Positions 26,422 through 36,770 of a stretch of 64,000 nucleotides of DNA are shown one piece after another (position 1 is the first letter of the stretch; every line of letters starts with the position of its first letter). Under the pieces are notes generated by a model that saw only the letters and a list, made by a program, of their open reading frames with translations, ran no database searches and was not told the DNA's origin. The stretch spans positions 1,237-65,236 of the forward strand of contig SKKD01000034.1 of assembly GCA_007121655.1 (NCBI GenBank), in the 5' to 3' direction. The position numbers and the translations under genes are program-made. Source of the stretch: Desulfonatronovibrio sp. (GTDB taxonomy: Bacteria > Desulfobacterota > Desulfovibrionia > Desulfovibrionales > Desulfonatronovibrionaceae).

Positions 26422-28110
26422 CTAAACCAAAAGCATTTCAGTCAGTGAGGCTCCGGCAGGAACCATTGGATACACATTTTCCTCCGGCTCAACCCTGATA
26501 TCGATAATGCAGGGCAGGGGAGAGGAAAAGGCCTTTTTCAGGACAGGAACCACATCTTCGGTTTTTTCCACAAGATAGCCTTCAGCACCGAATGCCTGAG
26601 CCAGTTTTACAAAGTCAGGATTCAAATGCAGACAGGTTGAACAGTAGTTTTTATTGTAGAAGAGCTCCTGCCATTGTCTGACCATCCCAAGGTATCCGTT
26701 ATTGAGAATAACGATTTTAACCGGGAGCTTGTAGCTCATGGCCGTGGCCATTTCCTGAATGTTCATCTGAATGGAGCCATCGCCGGCTATGTCGATTACC
26801 AGTTTGTCGGGGTGAGCCACCTGAGCGCCTATGGCGGCCGGGAACCCGTAGCCCATGGTACCCAGTCCGCCAGAGGTCAGAAGGGTCCTGGGGCTGTGAT
26901 AGCGGTAAAACTGGGCGGCCCACATCTGGTTCTGTCCGACCTCGGTTGAGATTATCGCCTCGCCTTTGGTGATTTCGTAAATCTTTTCCAGCACATACTG
27001 AGGCTTGATAAATTCTTTTCCTTCATCGTACCTGAGGGGGTGTTCAGAGGACCAGCCGGAGGTTGTTTTGATCCAGGAATCATGCTTTGCCTGCCAGTCG
27101 ACATCGCCAAGCGCATCCAGTTCTTCCTCCATGGCCTGAAGCGCGTTCAGGCAGTCGGAAACTATGGGAATATGTACGGATACATTTTTGCGAATGGAGG
27201 TGGGGTCAATATCCACATGAATTATCTTGGCCCTGGGGGCGAAAGTGTTGACTTTCCCTGTAACCCGGTCATCAAACCTGGCCCCTACGGAGATCAGTAC
27301 ATCCGAGTTGTTTACAGCCATATTGGCGGCATAGGTGCCGTGCATCCCAAGCATCCCCAGCCACAAGGGATCGTTTCCGGGAAAGGATCCCAATCCCATG
27401 AGGGTGGCGGTGACCGGAATAGAATATCTTCTGGCCAGCCTGGACATGATTTCGGAAGCCTGGGAAGAAATCACCCCTCCGCCGGCGTAAATAAGCGGCC
27501 TCTCTGCTTTGGAAATCATCCGGGCAGCTTTTTTGACCTGTTTCCGGTTGGGAATATAGTTGGGATTGTAGCTTCTTAAGCTGATGCTCTCCGGATAGCT
27601 GTAGGTGGTCCTGGTCTGCATCACATCCTTGGGCAGATCCACGAGCACGGGGCCCGGCCTGCCTGTAGATGCAATATAAAATGCTTCCTTGATGGTCCGG
27701 GCAAGGGTTTTGATGTCCTTGACCAGATAATTGTGCTTGGTGCAGGGCCTGGTAATCCCGACTATATCCACTTCCTGGAAAGCGTCATTGCCTATGAGGG
27801 GAGTGGGCACCTGTCCGGTGAAAATTACTACTGGTATAGAGTCCATATAGGCAGTGGCAATTCCGGTAACAGTGTTGGTGGCTCCGGGACCGGAGGTGAC
27901 CAGGCAAACGCCGACTTTTCCCGTTGACCTGGCATAACCGTCGGCAGCATGAACAGCACCCTGTTCATGACGCACCAGGAAATGCTGAACAGGGTAGTTG
28001 GGAATTTCGTTATAAATATCGATTACAGCACCGCCAGGGAAACCGAAAATATGTTTGACTCCCTCCCGGGTAAGGCTTTCCAAAAGTATCTGAGCCCCTG
28101 TGAGCTCCAT
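26422..28110 (-). CDS. ilvB: Acetolactate synthase large subunit
   Basis: [31 protein letters not shown]...NN TPP motif. Confidence 0.97.
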   Translation of the reverse strand: MELTGAQILLESLTREGVKHIFGFPGGAVIDIYNEIPNYPVQHFLVRHEQGAVHAADGYARSTGKVGVCLVTSGPGATNTVTGIATAYMDSIPVVIFTGQVPTPLIGNDAFQEVDIVGITRPCTKHNYLVKDIKTLARTIKEAFYIASTGRPGPVLVDLPKDVMQTRTTYSYPESISLRSYNPNYIPNRKQVKKAARMISKAERPLIYAGGGVISSQASEIMSRLARRYSIPVTATLMGLGSFPGNDPLWLGMLGMHGTYAANMAVNNSDVLISVGARFDDRVTGKVNTFAPRAKIIHVDIDPTSIRKNVSVHIPIVSDCLNALQAMEEELDALGDVDWQAKHDSWIKTTSGWSSEHPLRYDEGKEFIKPQYVLEKIYEITKGEAIISTEVGQNQMWAAQFYRYHSPRTLLTSGGLGTMGYGFPAAIGAQVAHPDKLVIDIAGDGSIQMNIQEMATAMSYKLPVKIVILNNGYLGMVRQWQELFYNKNYCSTCLHLNPDFVKLAQAFGAEGYLVEKTEDVVPVLKKAFSSPLPCIIDIRVEPEENVYPMVPAGASLTEMLLV

Positions 28111-28111
28111 A

Positions 28112-28342
28112 TTACTCCTCCATTTGTTTATATTTTGACAACAGAGTATGAATTCTGGTTTTACCAGCCAGTTTCTTTTTTTTGATTTCCTTCATCTCCA
28201 GTTCTTCTGACGGGGTTAGAAAAGGCTTGGTCTCATATTTTTCAAGTATTTTTTCATAGGAAACGTGATTGTCCAAAAGGGTGTTCAATTCTTCATCCGT
28301 TTCCCGGTACTTGTCAATCAACTCCAGTTCGTATTGTTCCAT
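28112..28342 (-). CDS. DUF465/YdcH-like small protein
   Basis: Coiled-coil with KKKKLAGK; AAGGAGG RBS before ATG 28342. Confidence 0.75.
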   Translation of the reverse strand: MEQYELELIDKYRETDEELNTLLDNHVSYEKILEKYETKPFLTPSEELEMKEIKKKKLAGKTRIHTLLSKYKQMEE

Positions 28343-28352
28343 TACGCCCTCC

Positions 28353-28667
28353 TTAGTTGAATTTATCATATTTATTCATAAAACTTTTCAGTAAATCTTC
28401 ATCAATGTCAGATATGATCACGCTTTTTTGTCTTCCGGTCAAACCCTTTTCAATGCTCAGCTGTTTTTTTTTAATCCCCAGAAATTCGGCCAGGAAGGCA
28501 CACAAGTAGTTGTTGGCCTTGCCGTCCACAGGAGGAGCCTGAATTCTTATTCTGATCCTGCCGGCATGCTCACCTGCCACTTCGTTTTTTCTGGATCCCG
28601 GCTGAACCAGAACCTTTATCCGCCAGGTTGAATCATTGATTTTTTCAAGGAATTGCATGTTCCTCAA
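28353..28667 (-). CDS. DUF167/YggU family protein
   Basis: VQPGSRK, APPVDGKAN, GLTGRQK; start uncertain (28667 or 28658). Confidence 0.85.
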   Translation of the reverse strand: MRNMQFLEKINDSTWRIKVLVQPGSRKNEVAGEHAGRIRIRIQAPPVDGKANNYLCAFLAEFLGIKKKQLSIEKGLTGRQKSVIISDIDEDLLKSFMNKYDKFN

Positions 28668-28682
28668 CTAATGTAGTGAAAA

Positions 28683-29192
28683 TTATGATTTCTGCAAAAA
28701 CTTGAGCTTTGACTCGGTTTCTTCAAGGTGCAGGTTTTCTTCATCCTGGGAGTCAAGCAGCTTGAGATGGGATTCAATCATGGACCTGAGTTTGATTTCA
28801 AAATGAGCTCTTTGTTTTTTGAGCTCGGATATATCCTCATGGATCTGGGCCAGGCGCTTATGGGCATGTCTTAGAATGTCTTCAGACCTGGCCTGGGATT
28901 CCCGGATAATCAGCTCGGCTTGTTTCTGGGCGTTGGCCTTGATGTCATCAGTCATCTTCTGGGTGGTTACAAGGGTGTTTTTCAGAAGATCTTCTCTGCT
29001 CTTATACTCATGAAGTTTTTCTTCAAGGTGTCTTTTGCTTCTTTCAAGCTCAACCCTTTCTTCCGACAGAACGCCCATATGATCAGCAAGTTCCTGCAAA
29101 AAAAATTCAACATCCTGCTTTTTGTATCCGAGGAGGGAAGAAGAAAATTTCTTGTTGAGAATGTCTATCTTGGAAATTTCCATTGTACTCAC
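28683..29192 (-). CDS. DivIVA domain protein
   Basis: DILNKKFSSSLLGYKKQDVEFFL followed by long coiled coil. Confidence 0.88.
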   Translation of the reverse strand: MSTMEISKIDILNKKFSSSLLGYKKQDVEFFLQELADHMGVLSEERVELERSKRHLEEKLHEYKSREDLLKNTLVTTQKMTDDIKANAQKQAELIIRESQARSEDILRHAHKRLAQIHEDISELKKQRAHFEIKLRSMIESHLKLLDSQDEENLHLEETESKLKFLQKS

Positions 29193-29258
29193 CCGACAAT
29201 CCTTTTATAGTTTACCCTGCACTTTTATGTCATGTTGTACACTAAATCAAGTTAAGGG

Positions 29259-29552
29259 TCACATCCCCACGGCAATCTGGCGAAGGGACTGGATTACAAA
29301 CATACGGGTAAACTCAATTGCAATCAGCACCACGATGGGAGAGAAATCTATGCCTCCCCATCTGGTGAAGGGCAGCCACATTCTTACCCGTTGAAAGACC
29401 GGTTCAGTCAGATTCCTGATAACTCTGACAATGGGATTGTAAGGGTCAGGGTTGATCCAGGATATCAGCGCAGAAATGATTACCACCCAGAAGTAGAGGC
29501 TGAGCAACGCACTCGCTACATTGATTATGGCCAGAAGGAAATTAGCCAGCAT
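29259..29552 (-). CDS. yggT: YggT family membrane protein
   Basis: SWINPDPYNPIVR..TEP, GGIDFSPIV. Confidence 0.9.
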   Translation of the reverse strand: MLANFLLAIINVASALLSLYFWVVIISALISWINPDPYNPIVRVIRNLTEPVFQRVRMWLPFTRWGGIDFSPIVVLIAIEFTRMFVIQSLRQIAVGM

Positions 29553-29618
29553 GCTTTCTCCTTGTTCGGCCAGGACTGAAGTGCCCGGCCATGATTTACT
29601 TATAAATAAGCTTTATAA

Positions 29619-30281
29619 CTATTTAAGGCTACGCGCCAAAAATTCTCTCAGGGTCCAGAAATCAGGAATAAGCATCTGGGCCTGCAAGGTTTCATTCTTA
29701 AAGGCCCAGAAAGGTACCTTTGCTCCCATGGCAGCTTCCTGGTCAACAATTGAATCTCCTATAAAGACAACTTCGTGAGCCATTAAAGACCAGTGATCAA
29801 GTATCTTGAACAGACTTTCGGGATGAGGCTTGGGTCTGCTGACATCCGCCGCGGTAATAACCGGCCAGAAATAATTTTCCAGGCCGAATGTGGTCAGAAG
29901 AAGATTCATGGTGGTAGTCCGGTTGGTGTTAATGGCTGTCCTGACTGTCTTGGGGGACAGAAAATCCATCAACTCCAGAAGCCCGTTCTCCATTCGCATA
30001 TAAGGCAAAAGTTTGGAATAATCCAGTTGGTTTTTGATTTCGGGAAACTTTGCCTCATAGCCTTCCGGCAGAATATGCCTGAACGAATCCTGTACCGAAT
30101 GGGTGTGCACATACTCTTCCTGTTCCAAAGACATGGCAGGAAGATCAAAAAGGAATCTTATCTGATTGTAAAACTGTATGTTTACATCTCTGGAATCAAA
30201 CAGCACTCCGTCGCAGTCAAAAATGATCCCCTTAAGTTTATCAAGCTTCAAACTGTTTAGAAAGGGATTGCAGACCAGCAA
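29619..30281 (-). CDS. HAD family hydrolase (phosphoglycolate phosphatase-like)
   Basis: FDCDGVL, KPHPE, IGDS. Confidence 0.88.
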   Translation of the reverse strand: MLVCNPFLNSLKLDKLKGIIFDCDGVLFDSRDVNIQFYNQIRFLFDLPAMSLEQEEYVHTHSVQDSFRHILPEGYEAKFPEIKNQLDYSKLLPYMRMENGLLELMDFLSPKTVRTAINTNRTTTMNLLLTTFGLENYFWPVITAADVSRPKPHPESLFKILDHWSLMAHEVVFIGDSIVDQEAAMGAKVPFWAFKNETLQAQMLIPDFWTLREFLARSLK

Positions 30282-30298
30282 ATAAACCTCCGAAATAA

Positions 30299-31969
30299 TT
30301 AAAATGTTTCTAAAGCCTGCGGAAAATATTCCAGAGTCATCTCCCGAAGTTTATATTTCTGGACCTTTCCGCTGGCGGTCATGGGGTATTCTCTGACAAA
30401 GGCCACATATCTGGGTGTCTTGTACCGGGCGATCCTGCCTCTGCAGAAGTCCCGCACATCTTCAGGGGCCAGTTCATATCCGGATTTCAGAATGATGAAC
30501 GCACCGACTTCCTCTCCATATTTCCGGCTGGGAACGCCCACAACCTGGACATCCTGAATCCCGTCCATTGTAAATAGAAACTCTTCGACTTCCCGTGGAT
30601 AAATATTTTCTCCTCCCCTGATAATCATATCCTTGAGACGGCCGGTGATGCTTAGATAACCATCCTGATCAAGCATCCCAAGGTCTCCTGAATGCAGCCA
30701 TCCTTCTTCGTCAACGGCCTCGGCAGTCTCCCGGGGCATATTGTAATAACCCTTCATCACATTGTAACCCCTGCAGCAGACTTCACCCTGAATCCCGGCC
30801 CCAACAGGTTCGCCGGTTTCAGGATCAACAAGGCTGACTTCTATTTCCGGCATTGGCCGTCCAACCGTTTCAACTCTTTTGCTGATGTGGTCGTCAGTCC
30901 GGGTCTGGGTTATCACCGGCGATGCCTCGGTTAAACCGTAGCAGATGGTAACATCCTTCATGCTCATTGAGTCGATGACCTGGCGCATTACCTTTATGGG
31001 ACAGGGGGAACCGGCCATTATTCCGGTTCTCAGGGAGCTGAAATCGAATTTTGAGAACATGCGGTGCTCCAGCAGGGCGATGAACATTGTAGGCACTCCG
31101 TACAGCGCAGTGCATTTTTCAGTTTCAACGGAGGTCATTACCAGAAGAGGATTGAATCCCTCGAGTATAACCATGGTTGAACCGTGACTCACAGCAGCCA
31201 GAACTCCCAGTACACACCCGAAACAATGAAATAACGGAACAGGAAGGCAGATTCGGTCCTTATCGGTCAGTTTCTGGTGTTCTCCTATCCAGTATCCGTT
31301 GTTGGCGATATTGTAATGTGTGAGCATTACCCCTTTGGGGAAACCGGTTGTCCCTGAAGTGTACTGCATATTAACCACTTCATGCGGGTCTATGCTTCTC
31401 TGGCGCGCCAGATAAGCGGAATCCGTAACAGTTCTTCCCATAGCCGTTATTTCAGGTATGGAATACATGCCCCTGTGCTTCTCCTGTCCCAGAAAGCAAA
31501 CTCTTTTCAAATGAGGAAATTCACTGCTCTTAAGATACCCCCTGGGCTGGGTCTTAAGTTCGGGAACAAGATCGTAGATCGTCTGAACATAATCCGTATC
31601 CCTGAATCCGTCTATGATGATGATGTTTTCACATTCCGACTGTTTCAGCAGATATGCCAGCTCATGGCTTTTATAAAAAGTATTCACAGTCAGGAGCACC
31701 GCTCCGATCCTGGCAGTGGCAAACTGCAGGGCAACCCAGTGTGGAACATTGGTGGCCCAGATGGCAACCTTTTCCCCCTTTGCAACTCCTAAAGACATAA
31801 GTCCTTTGGCCAGCTGATCAACAACCTCGGAAAATTCCCGGTAGTTGAGCCGATAATCACGGTCGACATAAATTACCGCTTCATTCTCAGGGTATTTCTT
31901 AACGGTTTCTTCGAGCAGCGTGCCCAGGGTAATTTCACGTAATGGTTTATCTAATGGTTTATCCCACAT
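30299..31969 (-). CDS. AMP-binding acyl-CoA synthetase
   Basis: [45 protein letters not shown]. Confidence 0.93.
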   Translation of the reverse strand: MWDKPLDKPLREITLGTLLEETVKKYPENEAVIYVDRDYRLNYREFSEVVDQLAKGLMSLGVAKGEKVAIWATNVPHWVALQFATARIGAVLLTVNTFYKSHELAYLLKQSECENIIIIDGFRDTDYVQTIYDLVPELKTQPRGYLKSSEFPHLKRVCFLGQEKHRGMYSIPEITAMGRTVTDSAYLARQRSIDPHEVVNMQYTSGTTGFPKGVMLTHYNIANNGYWIGEHQKLTDKDRICLPVPLFHCFGCVLGVLAAVSHGSTMVILEGFNPLLVMTSVETEKCTALYGVPTMFIALLEHRMFSKFDFSSLRTGIMAGSPCPIKVMRQVIDSMSMKDVTICYGLTEASPVITQTRTDDHISKRVETVGRPMPEIEVSLVDPETGEPVGAGIQGEVCCRGYNVMKGYYNMPRETAEAVDEEGWLHSGDLGMLDQDGYLSITGRLKDMIIRGGENIYPREVEEFLFTMDGIQDVQVVGVPSRKYGEEVGAFIILKSGYELAPEDVRDFCRGRIARYKTPRYVAFVREYPMTASGKVQKYKLREMTLEYFPQALETF

Positions 31970-32041
31970 TATTAACTCCAGGCTGACACAATATTAACTC
32001 AGGCGCAATTATTTGTTTGGATTAAGTATTTTATGCGGCGA

Positions 32042-32611
32042 CTATTCAGGAAAATACAGGACCGCATATATTTCTGCAGACTTATTTTTACGAGAGGAAA
32101 CATAATGGGGAACAATGGAATTGTAGTAGATGCTGTCGCCCGGCTTCAAAACGTGAGTTTCCTTGCCGTAGACTATCTCCACCTAGCCTGTCATAACAAC
32201 GATAAATTCCTCGCCCTCATGAGAGGAAAGTTTTTTATCCCTTGCTGACTCGGGTGATATTTTAATGTAAAACGGCTCCATCCGGCGATCGCTTTTGCCT
32301 CTTCCCAGGGAAAAGAAGCGCAGGGCGGCAGGTTTTTCTTTTCCCTTGAGCAAAGTGTCTTCTTCCTCTCTATCCTCCAGGCGCATGATCAGAGGATCCT
32401 GACTGATGGTGTCGTCCAGAAAAGTTCCCAGCCTGGTCCCGAGAGCTCTGGCGATCTTGAGCAGCGGACCAAGGGAAGGATGAATTTCATCTTCCTCTAT
32501 GGCCCGGACATAATCCTTATCAAGGCCGCTTCTGGCTGACAGCTCTTCAAGGCTGACATCTTCGAGTTCCCTGAATTTTTTGATTTTATGACCAATTCTT
32601 TCCTTTATCAT
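32042..32611 (-). pseudogene. XRE-HTH + cupin regulator interrupted by an in-frame TAG at codon 143
   Basis: After TAG (32183-32185) the same frame continues [46 protein letters not shown] to a stop at 32042, completing the cupin; full length 189 aa. Confidence 0.8.
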
Positions 32612-33399
32612 CCTTCCTCCTTAAGAATTTTCACAAATAAAAAATTCACATCCTGCTTAACACTGCCAAGATATGTTTTCTTCGGACCTTTCTTGAGAGT
32701 TCCTTTAAGTATTTTTCCTTCAAAGGGAAATTCATTCCAGTATTGTTCCGGACTTGATTCTTTCCAGACGACTCCAGCTTCTTCCAGCTCATCTGCGATC
32801 TGATGATCCCGGAGCAGCAAATATGATGCCTGTGGCAAAAAAAGGGCAAAAGCCCATAAAAGCTTTTTCCAGTTGGCGGAAGTGTTCATGGTGAAATTTG
32901 ATTCCCTGTCCAGGGTGGTGAACTGCCCGTCTTCGCGATCTATGCCCAGGGTGGAGTCAAGCTCCTCCCAGACCGTTCCGAGGTTTAAGCTTATAGAGTC
33001 AAGCTCGGCCATTCTTTCCTCATAGATACATTCCAGGATCAATAATTGTTGCGCCTTTAAATAATCGTTTGCAACCTCCTGTTCATGGTTATCCTGACCA
33101 TAGGTTGAAATCTGCCAGCGAAGGGACAAAGAAGTGTCAGAATAAAAGTCATTGGTCTTTAACGCTCCCAGATAGGCCATGTCCGCGGGTTTTCTGAATT
33201 GCTCTCCGAATTGGATGCTCTGGCTGAGGAAGTTCTTGGCCCCGGCGGGGTCAAGAATCAGTTTCCCGGGATTAAATGAGTTTTCAGTCTGTTCATAGAG
33301 TCCCGGATTAAGGAAAAGGGCAAGGGGACGAAAGGACTCAGGCAAAAGGTCCATCAGCATAATCGGAAAATGAATAATCACAGTATTATCTTTGTTCAC
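32608..33399 (-). CDS. Hypothetical protein
   Basis: 263-aa ORF, GAGG RBS, ATGA overlap with the XRE gene. Confidence 0.7.
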   Translation of the reverse strand: MNKDNTVIIHFPIMLMDLLPESFRPLALFLNPGLYEQTENSFNPGKLILDPAGAKNFLSQSIQFGEQFRKPADMAYLGALKTNDFYSDTSLSLRWQISTYGQDNHEQEVANDYLKAQQLLILECIYEERMAELDSISLNLGTVWEELDSTLGIDREDGQFTTLDRESNFTMNTSANWKKLLWAFALFLPQASYLLLRDHQIADELEEAGVVWKESSPEQYWNEFPFEGKILKGTLKKGPKKTYLGSVKQDVNFLFVKILKEEG

Positions 33400-33466
33400 C
33401 AGCTACCTCATAAAAAAGTTGAGTTCACCGTTTACGACCACATAAAATTTTATACGAAAATACCTG

Positions 33467-33850
33467 TCAACTCTCAATATCTTTTTGAGGCCTTTTCGCA
33501 ATGTACAAAGGACAAATTCCCGGGCAGCGGGAAAAGCGGTTTGTACAGGCGCTGCCGAAAAGACGATGACAACGGTCATCCTCAGCACTTTCGGGTACAT
33601 AAATATCACAGAACATTTCCCAGGAAACGATCTCGCCGAAGCGCCCGGCCCAAATCCTTTGTACCTGCTCACTTGTCAGGTCAAAGATATCCGCCTGGGT
33701 CAGCAGGTGATCATACCTGTTCTCCAGTTCCATAAGAACATGGCACTGCTTTTCAGGATCCAGACCGGGATTCATGGCTTCTTCATGAATACAGTGGCCT
33801 GACCTGAAAAAAATGCAATTATAGGCAGGCAGTTTGGTTATTTTTCCCAT
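33467..33850 (-). CDS. Cys-rich hypothetical protein
   Basis: 8 Cys including CIFFRSGHC and CPGIC; same-strand operon position. Confidence 0.7.
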   Translation of the reverse strand: MGKITKLPAYNCIFFRSGHCIHEEAMNPGLDPEKQCHVLMELENRYDHLLTQADIFDLTSEQVQRIWAGRFGEIVSWEMFCDIYVPESAEDDRCHRLFGSACTNRFSRCPGICPLYIAKRPQKDIES

Positions 33851-33880
33851 GGATTAATCAATTGCAGATCCAGGCATATA

Positions 33881-35494
33881 TCAGCAGCCAGGACAAGTTC
33901 CCCCGGCTCCGGACTGTTCCGGGGACAAAGGAGCTAAATCCCTGTCCAGGGTGTAAAGACCATACCCGCCGTCAAGCACATATAATTGTCTGGCCCCCAT
34001 GCCCTTAAGCAGGCGGGCGGCTTCATAAGCCCTGCCGGAACATTCTGAGTAAAGCACAATCGGCGTAAGCCTTGGTATCTCCATAACCCTTTTTTTGAGT
34101 TGGCTTAAAGGAATGTTGCTGGCCCAGGGAAGTCTCCCCCGGGCAAATTCATCTTTATTCCGAACATCCAGAAGGTAAAAAACCGCTCCGTCATTGGCCG
34201 ACTCCTTAAGCTCATCGGGAGTAATTCCCACAATCCCCGGCAGGCTCTTGTTTTCAAGCATTTTCGCGCAGCGGGTAAAGGGATTTATGACTAAGTCAGG
34301 CCACACAATATCGTAATCTGAAATATCCTCCACAGTGGAGCCCTTACGGGCAAGACAGGCTGCAAGATTCACCCATTCATGGGCCTTTTCCCCAACAGCC
34401 TCCAGGCCGATAATCTTCCTTGCAGACTTATCCATTACCATGTTCAAAACGTAGGGCTTGTCCATTGACATGCCGTGTGATCCGTGAATCAGTGCAAATT
34501 CGGGTACATAGCCTATCTGTTGAGCCCCGGCTGCGTCAAGGCCGGTCTTGGCCGCGGACAAAAAACCTAAGTTCCAGAATATTGTGTCCTGAGATCCAGG
34601 GCTGTATTCACCATTTTCAAGGGCGGCTTCAACCATCTTAAGGGAACGGGCCAACTGTGTCTCCGGACTAAAACCCAGGCAATAAGCATCAGCAGCTCCG
34701 GAAGCATCTATTAAAACCACGTTTCGGGCATAGGGGTTGTCGGGGCCCTGAAATGAAGTATCCTCTTCTTTAAGACCGTATCCCTCCAGCCGGGTATGAT
34801 CCGTCCTGCAATGTCCGCAAGAGAAAACAGGCCGTATCCCCTGCCCAGCCTCCTTTTTCAGGATCTCTGCAGTATCGGTATCCGGGCCTGCCGGAACAAT
34901 CCTCACGCCCAGCCGCTCAAGATGATTATCCATAAAAAATTGAACCTGCTTGCTGAAGGCATTTCCGGTTCTGACCCAGACAAATTCTTTTTCCCCCCGA
35001 ACCAGGGCCTGAACAAGGCTCATGTCAGAGCCCACGACAACGGGATCCTGAATGTTTTCCCAGTTGTTCACCAGGTGCTGTACGCAGGAGTCACCAGGCC
35101 AGACGTGCTGATCGTCCGGCAAATTTTCCGGGTGTGCGACAACTTTCGGGGTAAAAATCAGGACCTTGTCAAAGGAGTAAGACGTATTACCCATGCTGGT
35201 TAAAAAAGAAATTTCAGATTCCTCGGGAGTGATCCTTATCTTTTTAACTTTTTGAGGAAAGAGTTTGATGTTTTGCTGATATTTTTCAAAATCAACTTTT
35301 ATCCTGGCTCTTATCCTTGACCAGTCATCGACTCTGGCTCCGGAATTAAGAAGCATGTTCAGCATGTACAAAGAATATTTATCCTCGTCAAAATCGGAAA
35401 TCCAAACTATATCGGCTTTGGGATGAATTCTTCCGGCCCTGCGGACAGCCTTGCCAGCCGGGTATCCGTTTCCAATAATCACTATCCTTTTCAT
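33881..35494 (-). CDS. Degenerate CoA-disulfide-reductase/NADH-oxidase-like protein with C-terminal rhodanese domain
   Basis: MKRIVIIGNG N-terminus, dimerisation-domain-like region (AAKTGL, RKIIGLEAVG), rhodanese LLDVRNKDEF..GRLP..NIPL, LDGGY. Confidence 0.75.
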   Translation of the reverse strand: MKRIVIIGNGYPAGKAVRRAGRIHPKADIVWISDFDEDKYSLYMLNMLLNSGARVDDWSRIRARIKVDFEKYQQNIKLFPQKVKKIRITPEESEISFLTSMGNTSYSFDKVLIFTPKVVAHPENLPDDQHVWPGDSCVQHLVNNWENIQDPVVVGSDMSLVQALVRGEKEFVWVRTGNAFSKQVQFFMDNHLERLGVRIVPAGPDTDTAEILKKEAGQGIRPVFSCGHCRTDHTRLEGYGLKEEDTSFQGPDNPYARNVVLIDASGAADAYCLGFSPETQLARSLKMVEAALENGEYSPGSQDTIFWNLGFLSAAKTGLDAAGAQQIGYVPEFALIHGSHGMSMDKPYVLNMVMDKSARKIIGLEAVGEKAHEWVNLAACLARKGSTVEDISDYDIVWPDLVINPFTRCAKMLENKSLPGIVGITPDELKESANDGAVFYLLDVRNKDEFARGRLPWASNIPLSQLKKRVMEIPRLTPIVLYSECSGRAYEAARLLKGMGARQLYVLDGGYGLYTLDRDLAPLSPEQSGAGGTCPGC

Positions 35495-35714
35495 TTGCTT
35501 CACCTGACAATTGTAATAAGCCACCAAAAGGTGCTTATTCTGTTCATGGAAAATAAAAAAAGGACTGCCTGCACAAAGCGTCCCTGACTATGGGAGATTA
35601 TCATTTAAGGCCAAAAACACAACCTGAAATTTTCATGGCTTGACAAATGCTTCTTGACCGGGTTTTGTGTGAGGTGTACAGACAGATAATCTGTACGATA
35701 AGGGAGGCATAATC

Positions 35715-35924
35715 ATGTTTGGTATTGGCATGACCGAATTAATTATCATTTTAGTCATCATACTGGTTATCTTTGGAGCCAACAAGCTGCCTGAGATCGG
35801 CGCCGGAATGGGCAAGGCCATAAAAAACTTCAAAAAGGCCACCACGGAACCTGAAGAAATCGATGTAACTCCGGAAGATAAGAAATCTGATAAAGACGAA
35901 GAGAACAAAGAAGAAAACAAATAG
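35715..35924 (+). CDS. tatA: Twin-arginine translocase TatA/E
   Basis: [29 protein letters not shown]; GGAGG RBS. Confidence 0.95.
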   Translation: MFGIGMTELIIILVIILVIFGANKLPEIGAGMGKAIKNFKKATTEPEEIDVTPEDKKSDKDEENKEENK

Positions 35925-35926
35925 AT

Positions 35927-35952
35927 AAAAAACCGGGCTGGCCCGGTTTTTT
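35927..35952. terminator. Bidirectional intrinsic terminator
   Basis: AAAAAA-CCGGG-CTGG-CCCGG-TTTTTT just after the tatA stop. Confidence 0.85.
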
Positions 35953-36131
35953 ACGAGCATCACTCCCGGATCCTGTCCACCAGCATTTCCAGCCCGATAC
36001 CCCAGACCTATTCTTTTTCAATCATTACAAATAAGCCCAGGCTTCCCCCCAGGCATATCTCCTTCTTTTTGAAACAGGAGGGGGCTGATTCTGATGCGCC
36101 GCAGTCTTTCCTTCCGGTGAGGGGAGGATGT

Positions 36132-36770
36132 TCAACCCTCCTCATTGGTTTTGGCCTGGATAAAGCTGAATCCCAGAAGAACATAGCGTATCCCGGAAAA
36201 AATTGTCAGGAAGCCCACCAGATAGGCAAGAATTGGGGCTAAACCCATAAAGAAAGGTGCTTCAAAGGTATACCCCGTCATTGCGGTCAAAAGGAGAATT
36301 ATCTGAAGCAGGGTGTTCAGCTTGCTGTCTATGGTAGGGTTGATCTTGTTTTTTACATTCACCCCGAAAATATGCAGAACAAACAGTCCCCCGATTATTA
36401 TCATGTCCCTGCTGATCACAATAACAATAAGCCAGAAAGGTATCCATTCCTGGATTCCCAGGCAGACAAATGCGGTCAAAAGGAGAAACTTGTCGGCCAG
36501 GGGATCGATCATTGCCCCCAGCCGGGACCTTTGTTTGAGCACCCTGGCCAGAAAACCGTCCAGGCCGTCCGTGATGCCCGCCACCACGAAGAGAATTAAG
36601 GCCAGTAAAAAGTCCTCCCCAAAAAAAGCGACCACAAAGGCCGGTGTAATAAAAATTCTGATTATGGTCAGAAGATTGGGGACCGTCCAGTTGGAACCGT
36701 AAACAATTGTTCTGTTGCTGGGCAAAGCCGATCCTTTAATGTTCGGTGTTATAATCGATTTCCCTGGCAC
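36132..36770 (-). CDS. CDP-alcohol phosphatidyltransferase (PgsA-like)
   Basis: PNLLTIIR, TDGLDGFLAR..QRSRLGAMIDPLADK; start uncertain. Confidence 0.9.
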   Translation of the reverse strand: MPGKSIITPNIKGSALPSNRTIVYGSNWTVPNLLTIIRIFITPAFVVAFFGEDFLLALILFVVAGITDGLDGFLARVLKQRSRLGAMIDPLADKFLLLTAFVCLGIQEWIPFWLIVIVISRDMIIIGGLFVLHIFGVNVKNKINPTIDSKLNTLLQIILLLTAMTGYTFEAPFFMGLAPILAYLVGFLTIFSGIRYVLLGFSFIQAKTNEEG

